Positions 17,131-26,413 of a stretch of DNA of 64,000 nt are shown piece by piece. This DNA is from a virus. Taxonomy: Duplodnaviria; Caudoviricetes. The notes under the pieces were generated by a model. It had not been told where the DNA came from. It worked only from the letters and a program-made list of their open reading frames with translations, and did no database searches. The stretch lies in the IMG/VR virus record IMGVR_UViG_3300043436_003602, positions 181 to 64,180 of that record. One strand, 5' to 3'. The position numbers and the translations under genes were made by a program. Every line of letters begins with the position of its first letter. Positions within the stretch are counted from its first letter, which is position 1.

Positions 17131-18331
17131 CCTGAAAGAGTATGACGCCTACCGGAAGAGCGTAGGCAAGCACTCAATCCCCAATACCCATGCCGTCTTG
17201 ATGCTGAACCCAGAGCAGGTCACACCGATCCGCGATAAGCTCAAGCGGCGCAAGTGGGATCGGATGGTTTGGGACGAAGCACAGCGACTGAAGAACCGCA
17301 CGTCACAATCCAGCCGGGATGCTGCGATGATCTCCCGGGCTGCGAAGCGCCGGCTCGCACTGACCGGAACACCCATGGACCTCGACCCGAAGGACCTGTG
17401 GGCAATCATGCGGTTTGTCGAAGTCAATGCGCTCGGCGATGGCTGGGGCGACTTCGAGGATCACTTCCTGGTCAAGCCGACAATCGATCTCAAGAAAAAG
17501 ATGGGCATGGTGCAGCGTCAGAAGATGATGCTCGCCTATCAGATTGCCAAGCGCAAAGCGCCGATGCGCGAAGATCGGATGGAGGAATACGCCGACCTTA
17601 TCAGTCCGCACGTCATGAGGATCAGCAAGGAGGATGCCGGGATCGATCCTGCCCGCGTTCACCTTATCAAGTTCGACCTTGATCCAGCGGAGGAGAAAAA
17701 GTACCGGCAGCTGGAAAAGCACATGCTTGTCCGGGTCAAGGGCAAAGCGATCAAGACGCCGCTCAAAATTACGCAGATCGGAAAGTTGCAGCAAATCACC
17801 GGAGGGCATATCAAGGATGAGGAGGGCGAGGTCCACAGGATCGGGACGACCAAGCGCCGGCGACTACGCCGTGCAATCCGGAAGCACGTCGAGCCCGGCA
17901 AGCCTTTTGTAGTCTTCTGCAGGTTTGTCTGGGAAGTTCATCTGATAGCCCGGATACTTGAGCGAATGAACCTCGGGCGAGGTGCCAAGCTGTGGGGTAA
18001 GGTAAAGGACCTGAAGAAAGACCCTCGTCGAACCAACATGCTGCTAGACTTTCAAAAGGGCAAGTATGATTGGATGGTTTGCCAGCAGAAAACTGGTGGG
18101 GTGGGCGTCGATCTATACCGGGCTCGTAAGTTCTTCGTGTATTCGATGGGCCACTCCTATATCGATTATGACCAGATGCTTAGCCGGGGCGACTTCCTAG
18201 AACAAAACGAGACGGCAGATTTTTTTCTGCTGGTGGTTCGATCATCTATTGACACGGATATCGTTTCTGCTGTAGTAAAGAAAAAGTCGATCACGGAAGC
18301 GTTCTATGATCGATTGAAACGCGAACCATGA
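16841..18331 (+). CDS. SNF2-like SF2 helicase (start uncertain)
   Basis: LKPHQ, RTGKT, WDEAQ, LTGTP, GGVGVDL; GTG 16841 chosen tentatively. Confidence 0.85.
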   Translation: MNRELSLVSWKALHKQSPWLKLLKPHQKRGVEAIVSTDGFAALFAQRTGKTWVTGAVLEVERLSTLDVLLVGPKTNLKSTWVKFFQEKLPHYRVCLSLKEYDAYRKSVGKHSIPNTHAVLMLNPEQVTPIRDKLKRRKWDRMVWDEAQRLKNRTSQSSRDAAMISRAAKRRLALTGTPMDLDPKDLWAIMRFVEVNALGDGWGDFEDHFLVKPTIDLKKKMGMVQRQKMMLAYQIAKRKAPMREDRMEEYADLISPHVMRISKEDAGIDPARVHLIKFDLDPAEEKKYRQLEKHMLVRVKGKAIKTPLKITQIGKLQQITGGHIKDEEGEVHRIGTTKRRRLRRAIRKHVEPGKPFVVFCRFVWEVHLIARILERMNLGRGAKLWGKVKDLKKDPRRTNMLLDFQKGKYDWMVCQQKTGGVGVDLYRARKFFVYSMGHSYIDYDQMLSRGDFLEQNETADFFLLVVRSSIDTDIVSAVVKKKSITEAFYDRLKREP

Positions 18332-18346
18332 TGAAGGGACATTTCA

Positions 18347-18721
18347 ATGGCCAAGGACAAGTCAAAAAGTAACAAGTCGGAAAAAGTCGATGCGAAGAAC
18401 GAAAAGGCGGCCGAACGCGAGTTCAAGTATGGCGTCGAGGACATCGCCGAGGAACTGGGCATCAAGCCGGCTTCGGTGCGCGTCCAGCTCCGCAACAAGG
18501 GCATCGAAAAAGCCGGGAAGGCCTATGGCTGGAACTCCAAGTCGGAGCTGAAGGAGGTGATCGAGCAGATCAAGGCCAAGGCCGACGAGGATGAGGACGA
18601 AGCGCCCGCCAAGAAGTCGAAGAAGAAGGACAAGGCCGAGAAGCCGGCGAAGACCGACAAGAAGGCCAAGAAGGCGAAGACTAAGAAGTCTAAGGACGAC
18701 GAGGACGAAGACGACGATTGA
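18347..18721 (+). CDS. Lys/Asp-rich protein with HTH-like domain (paralogue family)
   Basis: GVEDIAEELGIKPASVRVQLRNKGIEKAGKAYGW. Confidence 0.75.
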   Translation: MAKDKSKSNKSEKVDAKNEKAAEREFKYGVEDIAEELGIKPASVRVQLRNKGIEKAGKAYGWNSKSELKEVIEQIKAKADEDEDEAPAKKSKKKDKAEKPAKTDKKAKKAKTKKSKDDEDEDDD

Positions 18722-18748
18722 TCGTCAACACGCCATCACTATTCCTCC

Positions 18749-18782
18749 GAGGGGTCCTGGGTTCGCGCCTGGGGCCCCTTCT
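18749..18782 (+). terminator. putative terminator hairpin ending replication operon
   Basis: GC-rich imperfect inverted repeat AGGGGTCC...GGCCCCTT; weak U tract. Confidence 0.45.
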
Positions 18783-18940
18783 GGTAGGTGCGAACGTCGA
18801 GCGCTGAGGTCAAATCGACTAGTCGATGCGCAGTGCGTCACTTCATACGCCGACGACCGAGCTCATCAATCGCCCAGCGCTGCCCTGGCATACCATCATG
18901 ATGATCGCCTAAGGACGTAAAAGCGTTCTATATCTGCCCA

Positions 18941-18969
18941 TTGACTCAAAGATGAATGGGAAGTATCAT
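18941..18969 (+). promoter_or_regulatory. sigma70-type promoter
   Basis: TTGACT-17-TATCAT. Confidence 0.7.
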
Positions 18970-19000
18970 ACCCTCATCGCGGGATTGAAGGGGCATAGCC

Positions 19001-19396
19001 ATGGAACCATCACGAGAACAACAGCTTGAGGAAGAGAACGAACTCCTGCGTCGGCAGCTGTCTGAGCTGACGGGCACAAGCAGAGAGCTGGGTGCATTGA
19101 TGGCACTGAGGTATGGCATGACACATACGCTTGCCACCATGATTTATATCTTGGTGAAGCGAGCCCCCGCAGTTATCTCACGATCCACATTCCACAGCAT
19201 CATGTATGGGGACCGGTCTGATGGCGGACCCGAACCCAAGATATTTGATGTCCGTGTCTCCAGACTTCGCGCGATCCTCAAAGAGCTGGGCTGTAAAGGA
19301 AAGATCGAAACGGTATGGCATGCCGGTTATCGCGCGAACCCCGAACTCGTTAGGTGGGTAAGGGCCCTTTACGACCAGCAGATACCGAAGGAGTAG
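19001..19396 (+). CDS. OmpR/PhoB-type winged-helix protein resembling the CtrA DNA-binding domain, no receiver domain
   Basis: MYG...GPEPKIFDVRVSRLR...IETVWHAGYR; N-terminal coiled coil. Confidence 0.8.
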   Translation: MEPSREQQLEEENELLRRQLSELTGTSRELGALMALRYGMTHTLATMIYILVKRAPAVISRSTFHSIMYGDRSDGGPEPKIFDVRVSRLRAILKELGCKGKIETVWHAGYRANPELVRWVRALYDQQIPKE

Positions 19397-19399
19397 ACG

Positions 19400-19876
19400 A
19401 TGGGAACTGTCCTATTTAAGCTGTTCGGTTTCGATGTTACCTGGAAGCTACTGCTTCGCCTCGGTATTGGCATTGCCGCAGCTGTGGTCCTCTACCTCGC
19501 CTATGACGCGGTTCGGGATCACTTTGCACACATTGACGAGATCGAGCAGCAGAACGAGACCCTGAAGTCCGACAAGGTTCGGCTTGAGGGTCAGCTCGAA
19601 GGCGCCGTCGAGACCAATCGCCAGAACCAAGAAACCGCCAAGGCTAACGACGAAATCCGCCAGAATAACCAGGAGATCGCCGCTGCCGAGAGGGCTGCTG
19701 CAACCGCACGAGCTCAAACCTATAGGGAGATACGCAATGCGATCAATTCTGCTTCGCCGCCCGCAACTGCTCAGCCTGTTGCTCCTGTCATCCTCGACAC
19801 TCTTGAACGCCTGTGGGGGCCGGGCTCCACCGCCGGAAATCCGGGTGGTCGTTCGGGATCGGATGGTCTTCGCTGA
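19400..19876 (+). CDS. inner-membrane spanin (Rz-like)
   Basis: N-terminal TM helix, periplasmic coiled coil, overlapping lipoprotein gene. Confidence 0.7.
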   Translation: MGTVLFKLFGFDVTWKLLLRLGIGIAAAVVLYLAYDAVRDHFAHIDEIEQQNETLKSDKVRLEGQLEGAVETNRQNQETAKANDEIRQNNQEIAAAERAAATARAQTYREIRNAINSASPPATAQPVAPVILDTLERLWGPGSTAGNPGGRSGSDGLR

Positions 19877-20084
19877 GCCGGACCCAGCACTACGTGAGTG
19901 CATGGCTCGGCTCGAGAGGCGAACGGTCTCCACAGACGTGCAGATTGCTCAGCTCATCGCAGACAGCTTCGAGGTCGGTGATGACTGTCGGGCCAAGCTC
20001 GCGGCTACTTGGCGATCCATCGATGAAACTCGATCAAGAGTGGAAGCGTTCAATCGCGCACAGAAAGAGGCCAACCCGCAATGA
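19737..20084 (+). CDS. outer-membrane spanin lipoprotein (Rz1-like)
   Basis: GGAGA RBS; signal peptide with lipobox LNAC; Pro-rich; overlaps i-spanin 3' end. Confidence 0.75.
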   Translation: MRSILLRRPQLLSLLLLSSSTLLNACGGRAPPPEIRVVVRDRMVFAEPDPALRECMARLERRTVSTDVQIAQLIADSFEVGDDCRAKLAATWRSIDETRSRVEAFNRAQKEANPQ

Positions 20085-20746
20085 ACCCCTACCACGTCTT
20101 GGGCGTGGACCAGAAGGCCGGCAATAAGCAGATTAAAGCTGCCTATCGTCGGCTATCTGCGTTGCACCATCCCGACAAGCCAACGGGTGACACCGATCAG
20201 TTCCATGAGCTACAGGCTGCTTATGATGTACTGAGGGACTCAGATCGACGCAAGCGCTACGACGCTACAGGAAGGACAGACGAGTTCAAGGCAACGCCTC
20301 AGCGCGTCCAGGCGTTCATTGAGACGACCATGCACTCGGTAATCGAAGCGCAGCGTCCTGACGGCTCGAGCGATGATCCGGTCTTCGAGAACATTCGAGA
20401 CAAGATACTCGCTACCATGATTGCCGCTCGGGTCGAGATCAAGAACCAGCTGTTCAGGACTCAGCGAAAGCTGGAGCGGTGCCAGCGCATGGTCGACCGT
20501 TTCAAGCCGAGAGCGGACTTCGACCCTGTGGGATTGTCCTTGTCAAAGGAGAAGGGTCGACTGCAGGCAGAGCTTCACAGACATGAGGATGCTTTGGAGC
20601 TATCGATAGAAGTCGAGCGAGTGCTCAAGACTTATGATTATGAGGTTGGCCCCGGACCGGAGGGACAGTACAGCCCGGGACCAACCACCCGCCCGGCGGG
20701 CGGATACCGTCTTACTTCGTCTCGTCGCCAGGGGTTCCTGGCTTGA
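20081..20746 (+). CDS. J-domain (DnaJ-like) protein
   Basis: NPYHVLGV...IKAAYRRL...HPD...AYDVL.D..RR..YD. Confidence 0.9.
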   Translation: MNPYHVLGVDQKAGNKQIKAAYRRLSALHHPDKPTGDTDQFHELQAAYDVLRDSDRRKRYDATGRTDEFKATPQRVQAFIETTMHSVIEAQRPDGSSDDPVFENIRDKILATMIAARVEIKNQLFRTQRKLERCQRMVDRFKPRADFDPVGLSLSKEKGRLQAELHRHEDALELSIEVERVLKTYDYEVGPGPEGQYSPGPTTRPAGGYRLTSSRRQGFLA

Positions 20747-21116
20747 CGGTAGTCGAGGTGACCGTAGTCACGCTCGGGTGAGTATCATCAGACCCGCCAC
20801 CCGCTTCGATCTTGGTACCGCCCGGTCCCTGGATCGTGATCGACCGACGCCCGAGAACGAACCACAGGCCGAGGATTGAGAGGGCCATGAGTATCCAAGA
20901 ACCTTTGGCCATCGTCTCCATCGATGCAAGCTGCAGCTTGACAATCTCGAACAGCTGAGCTGCGCTCATGCCTTCTCGATACCAGCGAGCAGACCCAATG
21001 AGAGTCATCACTCGCCAAGCAAGAATGAAAGCAACTGCACCCCCACCGATTGAAGCAATCAGCGCGATGAAAGACCGCCAATCCTTGGGCGGCCATTCGG
21101 GAAACCACTTTTTCAT
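20712..21116 (-). CDS. putative holin
   Basis: Two hydrophobic segments; immediately downstream of endolysin. Confidence 0.55.
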   Translation of the reverse strand: MKKWFPEWPPKDWRSFIALIASIGGGAVAFILAWRVMTLIGSARWYREGMSAAQLFEIVKLQLASMETMAKGSWILMALSILGLWFVLGRRSITIQGPGGTKIEAGGGSDDTHPSVTTVTSTTVKPGTPGDETK

Positions 21117-21117
21117 A

Positions 21118-21873
21118 TTAAACCCCCAGTGCCTTCCAGGTTGCAGGACCCACAAGGCCGTCGGCAGTCAGCCCCTTGGATTGTTGGAATGCGCGAACGG
21201 CCCGGTCGGTTCCGGGACCAAATTGGCCATCCGCAGTAATCCCGAGCTTTGTCTGAAGAAGGACAACGGATTGACCGCGGTCACCCTTCCGAAGCATGAC
21301 TCGGCTAGGCGGTACCGGAGTCACCGTGCGGCGACCCTCGGCGCTTGTCATGATCCTCTCGACGTTCTCCCGGAACTCCACCATATCGAAGGATGGGTCA
21401 ATCTTACGACCTCGGGGAGTTGCGTATTCCTTGTGCCCCACAGCCATGACATCATCAAGGTCGAGGTGAAGAAGGATAGCAGCTACGCCTCGCTCGTAAG
21501 CATCCATCTGGGCATCGGGCCAGGGATCGGTCCCATCGCCCGCGTTCTCGGCTTCGATGCCGATAAAGGCTGAGTTGCCCGAAGCCCCGTGCCAGGACCC
21601 CGCGCCAGCGTGATTGCATCGACCAGCGCCGACAACGTGGAAAGTCCCATCCCGCGCAAGGAACAGCTGGGACAGTGGCCCGGGCAAATCGCTTCGGCCA
21701 TCCCTCACAAGACGAAGGCTGGGCGAGTTGCCCTTCTTCGATCCTGCGGTGTGGTGAAGCATGACGCCCCGAACTGTGGACATAGGTCCGCGACCGCGGT
21801 CCTTCCAGCCCTCCTCCTCGACAACACTCAGTCCTGCAGCTCGCAAGACGTCGGCAAGCCAAGTTAACATCAT
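21118..21873 (-). CDS. endolysin: N-acetylmuramoyl-L-alanine amidase + peptidoglycan-binding domain
   Basis: LHHTAG, HAG, IGIEAE, GHKE...KIDP; C-terminal DGQFGPGT...FQ...DGLVGPAT. Confidence 0.9.
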   Translation of the reverse strand: MMLTWLADVLRAAGLSVVEEEGWKDRGRGPMSTVRGVMLHHTAGSKKGNSPSLRLVRDGRSDLPGPLSQLFLARDGTFHVVGAGRCNHAGAGSWHGASGNSAFIGIEAENAGDGTDPWPDAQMDAYERGVAAILLHLDLDDVMAVGHKEYATPRGRKIDPSFDMVEFRENVERIMTSAEGRRTVTPVPPSRVMLRKGDRGQSVVLLQTKLGITADGQFGPGTDRAVRAFQQSKGLTADGLVGPATWKALGV

Positions 21874-21883
21874 GGTACTTCTC

Positions 21884-22357
21884 CTAATCAATATAGAATT
21901 GGATGCCCGACATGCTCGTGAAGAACATGTTGGACGCGGCTACTTCAACATTACCGTTGGACTTGACATTCCATCGGCAAAGACCTCCCGCAGAATAACC
22001 ACAGAAGATAAGGTCAGCGGTCGGGCGATACCCCGCGAGGAGGGTGAAGATCACGCCATCGGTCGAAGCTGTAGCGTGTTGCATTGCCCCTTCAATCGTG
22101 ACCAGTCCTGAGCTGTCGATACGATACCGTGGATTGCGCCAGGCGCCGCCAAGCCCGATCCACCCGAGGTTGAGGGGAGGAACCTGCCAATCCTGAGGAT
22201 CAAAGTCCTCAAGGAACGCAAGCTTTTTGCCGCCAGCAATGCCCGCGCTCGAACGAGGCCGACCATCATTGGTCGAAACGGTGACCTCTCCCATGAGCCC
22301 AGTGTAGTCGTTGAGGTTGGTATCTGTATCATGGATGAGTTGAAGTGAAGTACCCAT
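21884..22357 (-). CDS. small tail fibre / tail-tip protein
   Basis: GEVTV N-terminal motif; C-terminal IFTL..GYRP beta domain; last gene of tail operon. Confidence 0.6.
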   Translation of the reverse strand: MGTSLQLIHDTDTNLNDYTGLMGEVTVSTNDGRPRSSAGIAGGKKLAFLEDFDPQDWQVPPLNLGWIGLGGAWRNPRYRIDSSGLVTIEGAMQHATASTDGVIFTLLAGYRPTADLIFCGYSAGGLCRWNVKSNGNVEVAASNMFFTSMSGIQFYID

Positions 22358-24444
22358 TATATTGTCCCTAAGTTGATCGGTGCGCCGACGATAGGCAGCG
22401 AGCCGAGGTTGACGTTACCCTGTGTGGGCGTGGCGACTTGGCCGAGGTTTACCGGGATGCCGGTCCTCAAGTTGTTCAGGATTACTCCCGAAGCAACCAC
22501 ACCTTTCGGCGTGTAGGTGTAAGGCGTCAAGGTCGATATGTCTTGAAGGCCAAGGCCAAACTGGTTAAACGATACGAACTTGACGTAGAGGGTCTGGCCG
22601 ATATAAGCATTGGGCAAGCTAATCTTCTCCACGGCGTCATCCAGGCGGGTATACTTGTCGCCCGTAGCGTGAGCTCCCGGCTCCGTGCCAAACTGGCCCC
22701 TATACAGCTGAGTGAGATCATACTCGAAAGGCGCCGTAAGATTTGCGGAGACGTAAGAAAACACCTCACTTCCCACAACAGCCGCGGTCACGCCGGCCTG
22801 TGCATCCACAGCGCTGGTCGAGAGCATCTGTGTTCCGGACTCTGTGAGGTCGACCGAGCAGGTGTTGACTCCATCGGGGTTAGCGCCCGTGTAGTCAGCA
22901 AGGTTTGCCGTCAAGACCCCCTGTGTTGCCGGCTCTTCGATAGTCCCCAGCTGCTGGTAGGTTGCATCGTCCGTGGACACCCAAACCTCAGCACCGCCCC
23001 AGTTCGGGCCGCTCCCCGCAGCCGCTACCCAAATCTGTGCTGCGCCGTTTGTCTGCTGAGACGTCGGCTCATAGATCATCGGGGTATTCACGTCTGGTGC
23101 TGCCACGCCCGTGTTAATGGGGTTGTTTACCACGCTTTGCTTGGGATAGGCCGTTGCTTGGCCGATACCCTCGATGAAGTCCTCGGCTGTAAAGAGCAGG
23201 TTACCCTGGTCATCTTCTTCGAGTTCCACAATTCGCACAGGACGTTGGTTAAGCCCCAACCGACTATCAGTTAGAGTTACAACGTCCATGGGCTCAAGCA
23301 GACAGTATTCCCAGCTCAGCGTGAACTTGTATTGGTTTCGGATATACAGCTTTCGCTGCAGCATTAGCTGGCCCACCAATGAGGCCATTGCGGTCAAGCA
23401 AATCTCATTGGCGGTTATCGTGCTGCCGACACGCTTCCCATAGAGCTGGATTGCACTCTCATCGGTGCATTCAACGGGAAGCACAGAGTACCGGTTCGCC
23501 CGATCCTTGATCTCAAGGCGGATGACGTTATCCATAGTGGATACGTCGATCCGGTTGATCTTGACCGGGTCATCCCCATTCAAGGCAACATAGTCGGTAT
23601 CATCAAGGTTGTAGAGCGGGGCTGTGCTGGCCACCCAGGTAAAACCATTCCCGGTGACATTCGTCTCAGCGTAGGGGATGAACTTCAAGACGTTGTCCGA
23701 CCATACCACGGTCGAGTTGGTGAAGTCGAGCCAGCGCTGAATAACGTCAGCCGAAGACTCCGCACTCGCCAAAACCGGCGACAGGCCAAAACCCATCGCC
23801 TTGCAGTAGCATTGGTAGGAGGTAGTGCCCGTCCCGCCTTTGAGATAGAAATCACTGATATAGGCTTCGGGGAAATAAGACCCCCAGGCAGCGTTGGTCA
23901 AGAGCTGCTCGATCACCAGGGCACAGTCAGCGTCATCATCGTTTCCGATGTCGCTCAGTGTCTCCGCTAACGGGCCGACGCACTCGAAGCTGTGGACGTG
24001 GACACCCGCTGCATCAGTCAGGGCGTAGTCTTGCTCAGCGATGTAGGCAATCCCATTATAGCTGAGCGCCTTTGTCGGGTTACTCGTGACAAGGTAGGGC
24101 CAAGGGTTTTGGGGATCATACCCGTTAAACAGCTCACCGGGAAGTTCGGTCTTTTCTTCCTTGTCAATCCATGACCGAGGAACCGCGGTTACCGGTCCCT
24201 GGCAAAGCGCAAGGATGACGTCCGCCGTATAGCTGTAAGTTGTGGTTGTGACCGATCCGCCTTTCCCTCCCTGCTTTTCTTTCTTCGTGATGGTGGTGAA
24301 GTTGTCATACCAGATCAAGTTGGGCGCGAGCGAGTTCGTCCCCATCAAGATGGCGATGGGCATGCTGTTCGAAGACGTCTGAACCTGGAGCCCCGTGTAT
24401 TGGGGCTTGGTTGCATTCCTCGACTTGGGCATGAAGATAGACAT
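22357..24444 (-). CDS. tail tip / central fibre (host-specificity J-like) protein
   Basis: Position after NlpC gene; LLEPMDVV and LYRGQFGT motifs of GTA-like tail proteins. Confidence 0.8.
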   Translation of the reverse strand: MSIFMPKSRNATKPQYTGLQVQTSSNSMPIAILMGTNSLAPNLIWYDNFTTITKKEKQGGKGGSVTTTTYSYTADVILALCQGPVTAVPRSWIDKEEKTELPGELFNGYDPQNPWPYLVTSNPTKALSYNGIAYIAEQDYALTDAAGVHVHSFECVGPLAETLSDIGNDDDADCALVIEQLLTNAAWGSYFPEAYISDFYLKGGTGTTSYQCYCKAMGFGLSPVLASAESSADVIQRWLDFTNSTVVWSDNVLKFIPYAETNVTGNGFTWVASTAPLYNLDDTDYVALNGDDPVKINRIDVSTMDNVIRLEIKDRANRYSVLPVECTDESAIQLYGKRVGSTITANEICLTAMASLVGQLMLQRKLYIRNQYKFTLSWEYCLLEPMDVVTLTDSRLGLNQRPVRIVELEEDDQGNLLFTAEDFIEGIGQATAYPKQSVVNNPINTGVAAPDVNTPMIYEPTSQQTNGAAQIWVAAAGSGPNWGGAEVWVSTDDATYQQLGTIEEPATQGVLTANLADYTGANPDGVNTCSVDLTESGTQMLSTSAVDAQAGVTAAVVGSEVFSYVSANLTAPFEYDLTQLYRGQFGTEPGAHATGDKYTRLDDAVEKISLPNAYIGQTLYVKFVSFNQFGLGLQDISTLTPYTYTPKGVVASGVILNNLRTGIPVNLGQVATPTQGNVNLGSLPIVGAPINLGTI

Positions 24445-24446
24445 GT

Positions 24447-24872
24447 TCAGTCCTTCCAGAGAGTATAGGATCGAAACTCACGCCCAGTGAACCGACCCTT
24501 AGTTGCGTCCTGCTCTACAACACCCACACCGTTAAGGGCATGGATGATGAGAGGCCATTGAGTGACGATCCCGCCATGGGCAAAGCATCGCCCCCACTTG
24601 AACAGGACAAAGTTTCCCGTGTCCATGCGGGGAGTCTCCCGGGCCTTCGACAGGACGACCTCGAGATACCTCTCCTCGCTCCGGTGAAGGTGCCAGTTAA
24701 TCGGATACTTCCCATAGTCAATGTGATCGATGAGCCCACAGGCTTCGTAGACCTCCGCGGGCAGCATCGCGCAATCGACGCCGCCGCCTTTGATCCTCCC
24801 GTGCGGGTGGTAGGGTGTGCCTATCCACGTTCTTGCTTCGCGGACGACCAATGCTCTTTCTACTGCGCTCAT
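24447..24872 (-). CDS. NlpC/P60 tail-associated peptidase
   Basis: ARTWIGTPY...GVDC...HGGI. Confidence 0.9.
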   Translation of the reverse strand: MSAVERALVVREARTWIGTPYHPHGRIKGGGVDCAMLPAEVYEACGLIDHIDYGKYPINWHLHRSEERYLEVVLSKARETPRMDTGNFVLFKWGRCFAHGGIVTQWPLIIHALNGVGVVEQDATKGRFTGREFRSYTLWKD

Positions 24873-24873
24873 C

Positions 24874-25812
24874 TTAGATCACCGAGTCTGGTGGCGGCAC
24901 AAACGGGAAGCCGCGGAAGTTACGGGTATTCTTGAACTTAGGACAGCCTTGAGTGCCATTATAGGTATGGTCACAGCCAGGCGTGACAACGAAGGAGTCA
25001 CCCATCGCCGGTGAATGAGCGAATGGGAATATCACCTCGAGGCCTGAGGTGCTCGATGAACGCACCGGGCGCGATTGACCGACGTTCGCCCCCGACGTGA
25101 AACGCAACACACCTTGGGCGAAATAATTGACCGGCCTGGTATTGGCCCAGGTGACAGTGCGAAGAGTCGATGCACCGGTGACGGTGCCATTAACTCGGAA
25201 CAGGTTAATGTCCAATTTGCATACGTCATCGAACAGGGTATTGAGGCAGCTGGCCTGGTAGACGTTGCGGGGCATGTCAACGCCTAGCAGACTGATGTCC
25301 GCCTTGACCTTGATCATCGCAGCTGTGCGGCCTACCTCCTCGACGTTAGCCAACCTTCCCGAGAACAGATTTATCGATCCCACAGCCTTATTCGGCAGGC
25401 CGGGGCGAGCAGGCCAAGTTGCAGGATCGAAGAAGGCTCGATCTCGCTCAAGGCGAGCACCATCTAGGATACCCTCAGCAATCGCCTGAAGGAAAGGAAT
25501 GCCCTCAAGCGTAGTCAGCCCGGGAGGCGCGTAGATAGTCAAGGTCTGCTCATCGACCTGTAGCCCGCGAACTAACTTATAGCGAAGTCCCTGGATCATC
25601 AAGCCATTCGACAGATACAGGCGGTTGCCCACCGTCACGTCAGTATCCGCATCGGTGTAGAAGTAAGTCGCGCCTGTGGGATTGCCCAACGCTATCGCTG
25701 CGAGGGCGCTGATGTCCGCCCCATACTGAGTGATGAGGGTAAAGCAATTCACGAAGGGTATGCGGGTGTTACTCCGCAGTAGCTCGATCAAGGGCGGGTT
25801 CGCGTAACGCAT
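24874..25812 (-). CDS. DUF2163 baseplate hub protein
   Basis: C...LFD..C, GCD...C..KF.N..NFRGFP Cys cluster; start ATG 25812. Confidence 0.85.
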   Translation of the reverse strand: MRYANPPLIELLRSNTRIPFVNCFTLITQYGADISALAAIALGNPTGATYFYTDADTDVTVGNRLYLSNGLMIQGLRYKLVRGLQVDEQTLTIYAPPGLTTLEGIPFLQAIAEGILDGARLERDRAFFDPATWPARPGLPNKAVGSINLFSGRLANVEEVGRTAAMIKVKADISLLGVDMPRNVYQASCLNTLFDDVCKLDINLFRVNGTVTGASTLRTVTWANTRPVNYFAQGVLRFTSGANVGQSRPVRSSSTSGLEVIFPFAHSPAMGDSFVVTPGCDHTYNGTQGCPKFKNTRNFRGFPFVPPPDSVI

Positions 25813-25813
25813 C

Positions 25814-26413
25814 TTAGTAATCCACAGTCTTGAGGGTGATCTGGTTAAGCTGATGAAGCCGGTACATGAATTGCTCATACTCATGCTGGTCTTCACCGAA
25901 CCGACAAAGGTAGTAGTAGGTGCAGGTTACCGTAACCACACGGCCGCTCGGCGGCGGCGTGTTAAACGTGATGACGTTCGGGAAGCTTAAAGTATAGGTA
26001 CTCGGGCTTACCGTTACCCCGTTCACCTTTACGTCTGTAAGCTGATTGATGAAACCGATGGCCTCAAAATAGCTCGGTCCTGTATTCCTTCCGATGATGA
26101 AGGTGGTATTGGTTCCGTTGCCCGTCCCGATCTGCCCATTGATGATCGTGTTGCTGTTGGGGTCGGTAAACTTGAAGTAGTCATACGAGCCCCTCATTGC
26201 GAGGAATAGACCTTCGATCTCGTCAAGCTCAGTGAAGCTGCCTCCTTGCCGAAGCATCTCGAAAGAAAGCTCAATGCTGTAGTAGCACTGGTTCATGATG
26301 ATCTCGGTCACTTCCCGTTGGCTGTCTGCCGTCCGAAGCTGGACACCGAAAATCGGTGTTCGCATGATGGACCAAGAAAGCCCGGGCAGAGAAGGAAATA
26401 CAAGGTCACTCAT
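25814..26413 (-). CDS. DUF2460 distal tail protein
   Basis: G...F.F.DP, IGTGNG...F, YYYLCRF. Confidence 0.85.
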   Translation of the reverse strand: MSDLVFPSLPGLSWSIMRTPIFGVQLRTADSQREVTEIIMNQCYYSIELSFEMLRQGGSFTELDEIEGLFLAMRGSYDYFKFTDPNSNTIINGQIGTGNGTNTTFIIGRNTGPSYFEAIGFINQLTDVKVNGVTVSPSTYTLSFPNVITFNTPPPSGRVVTVTCTYYYLCRFGEDQHEYEQFMYRLHQLNQITLKTVDY

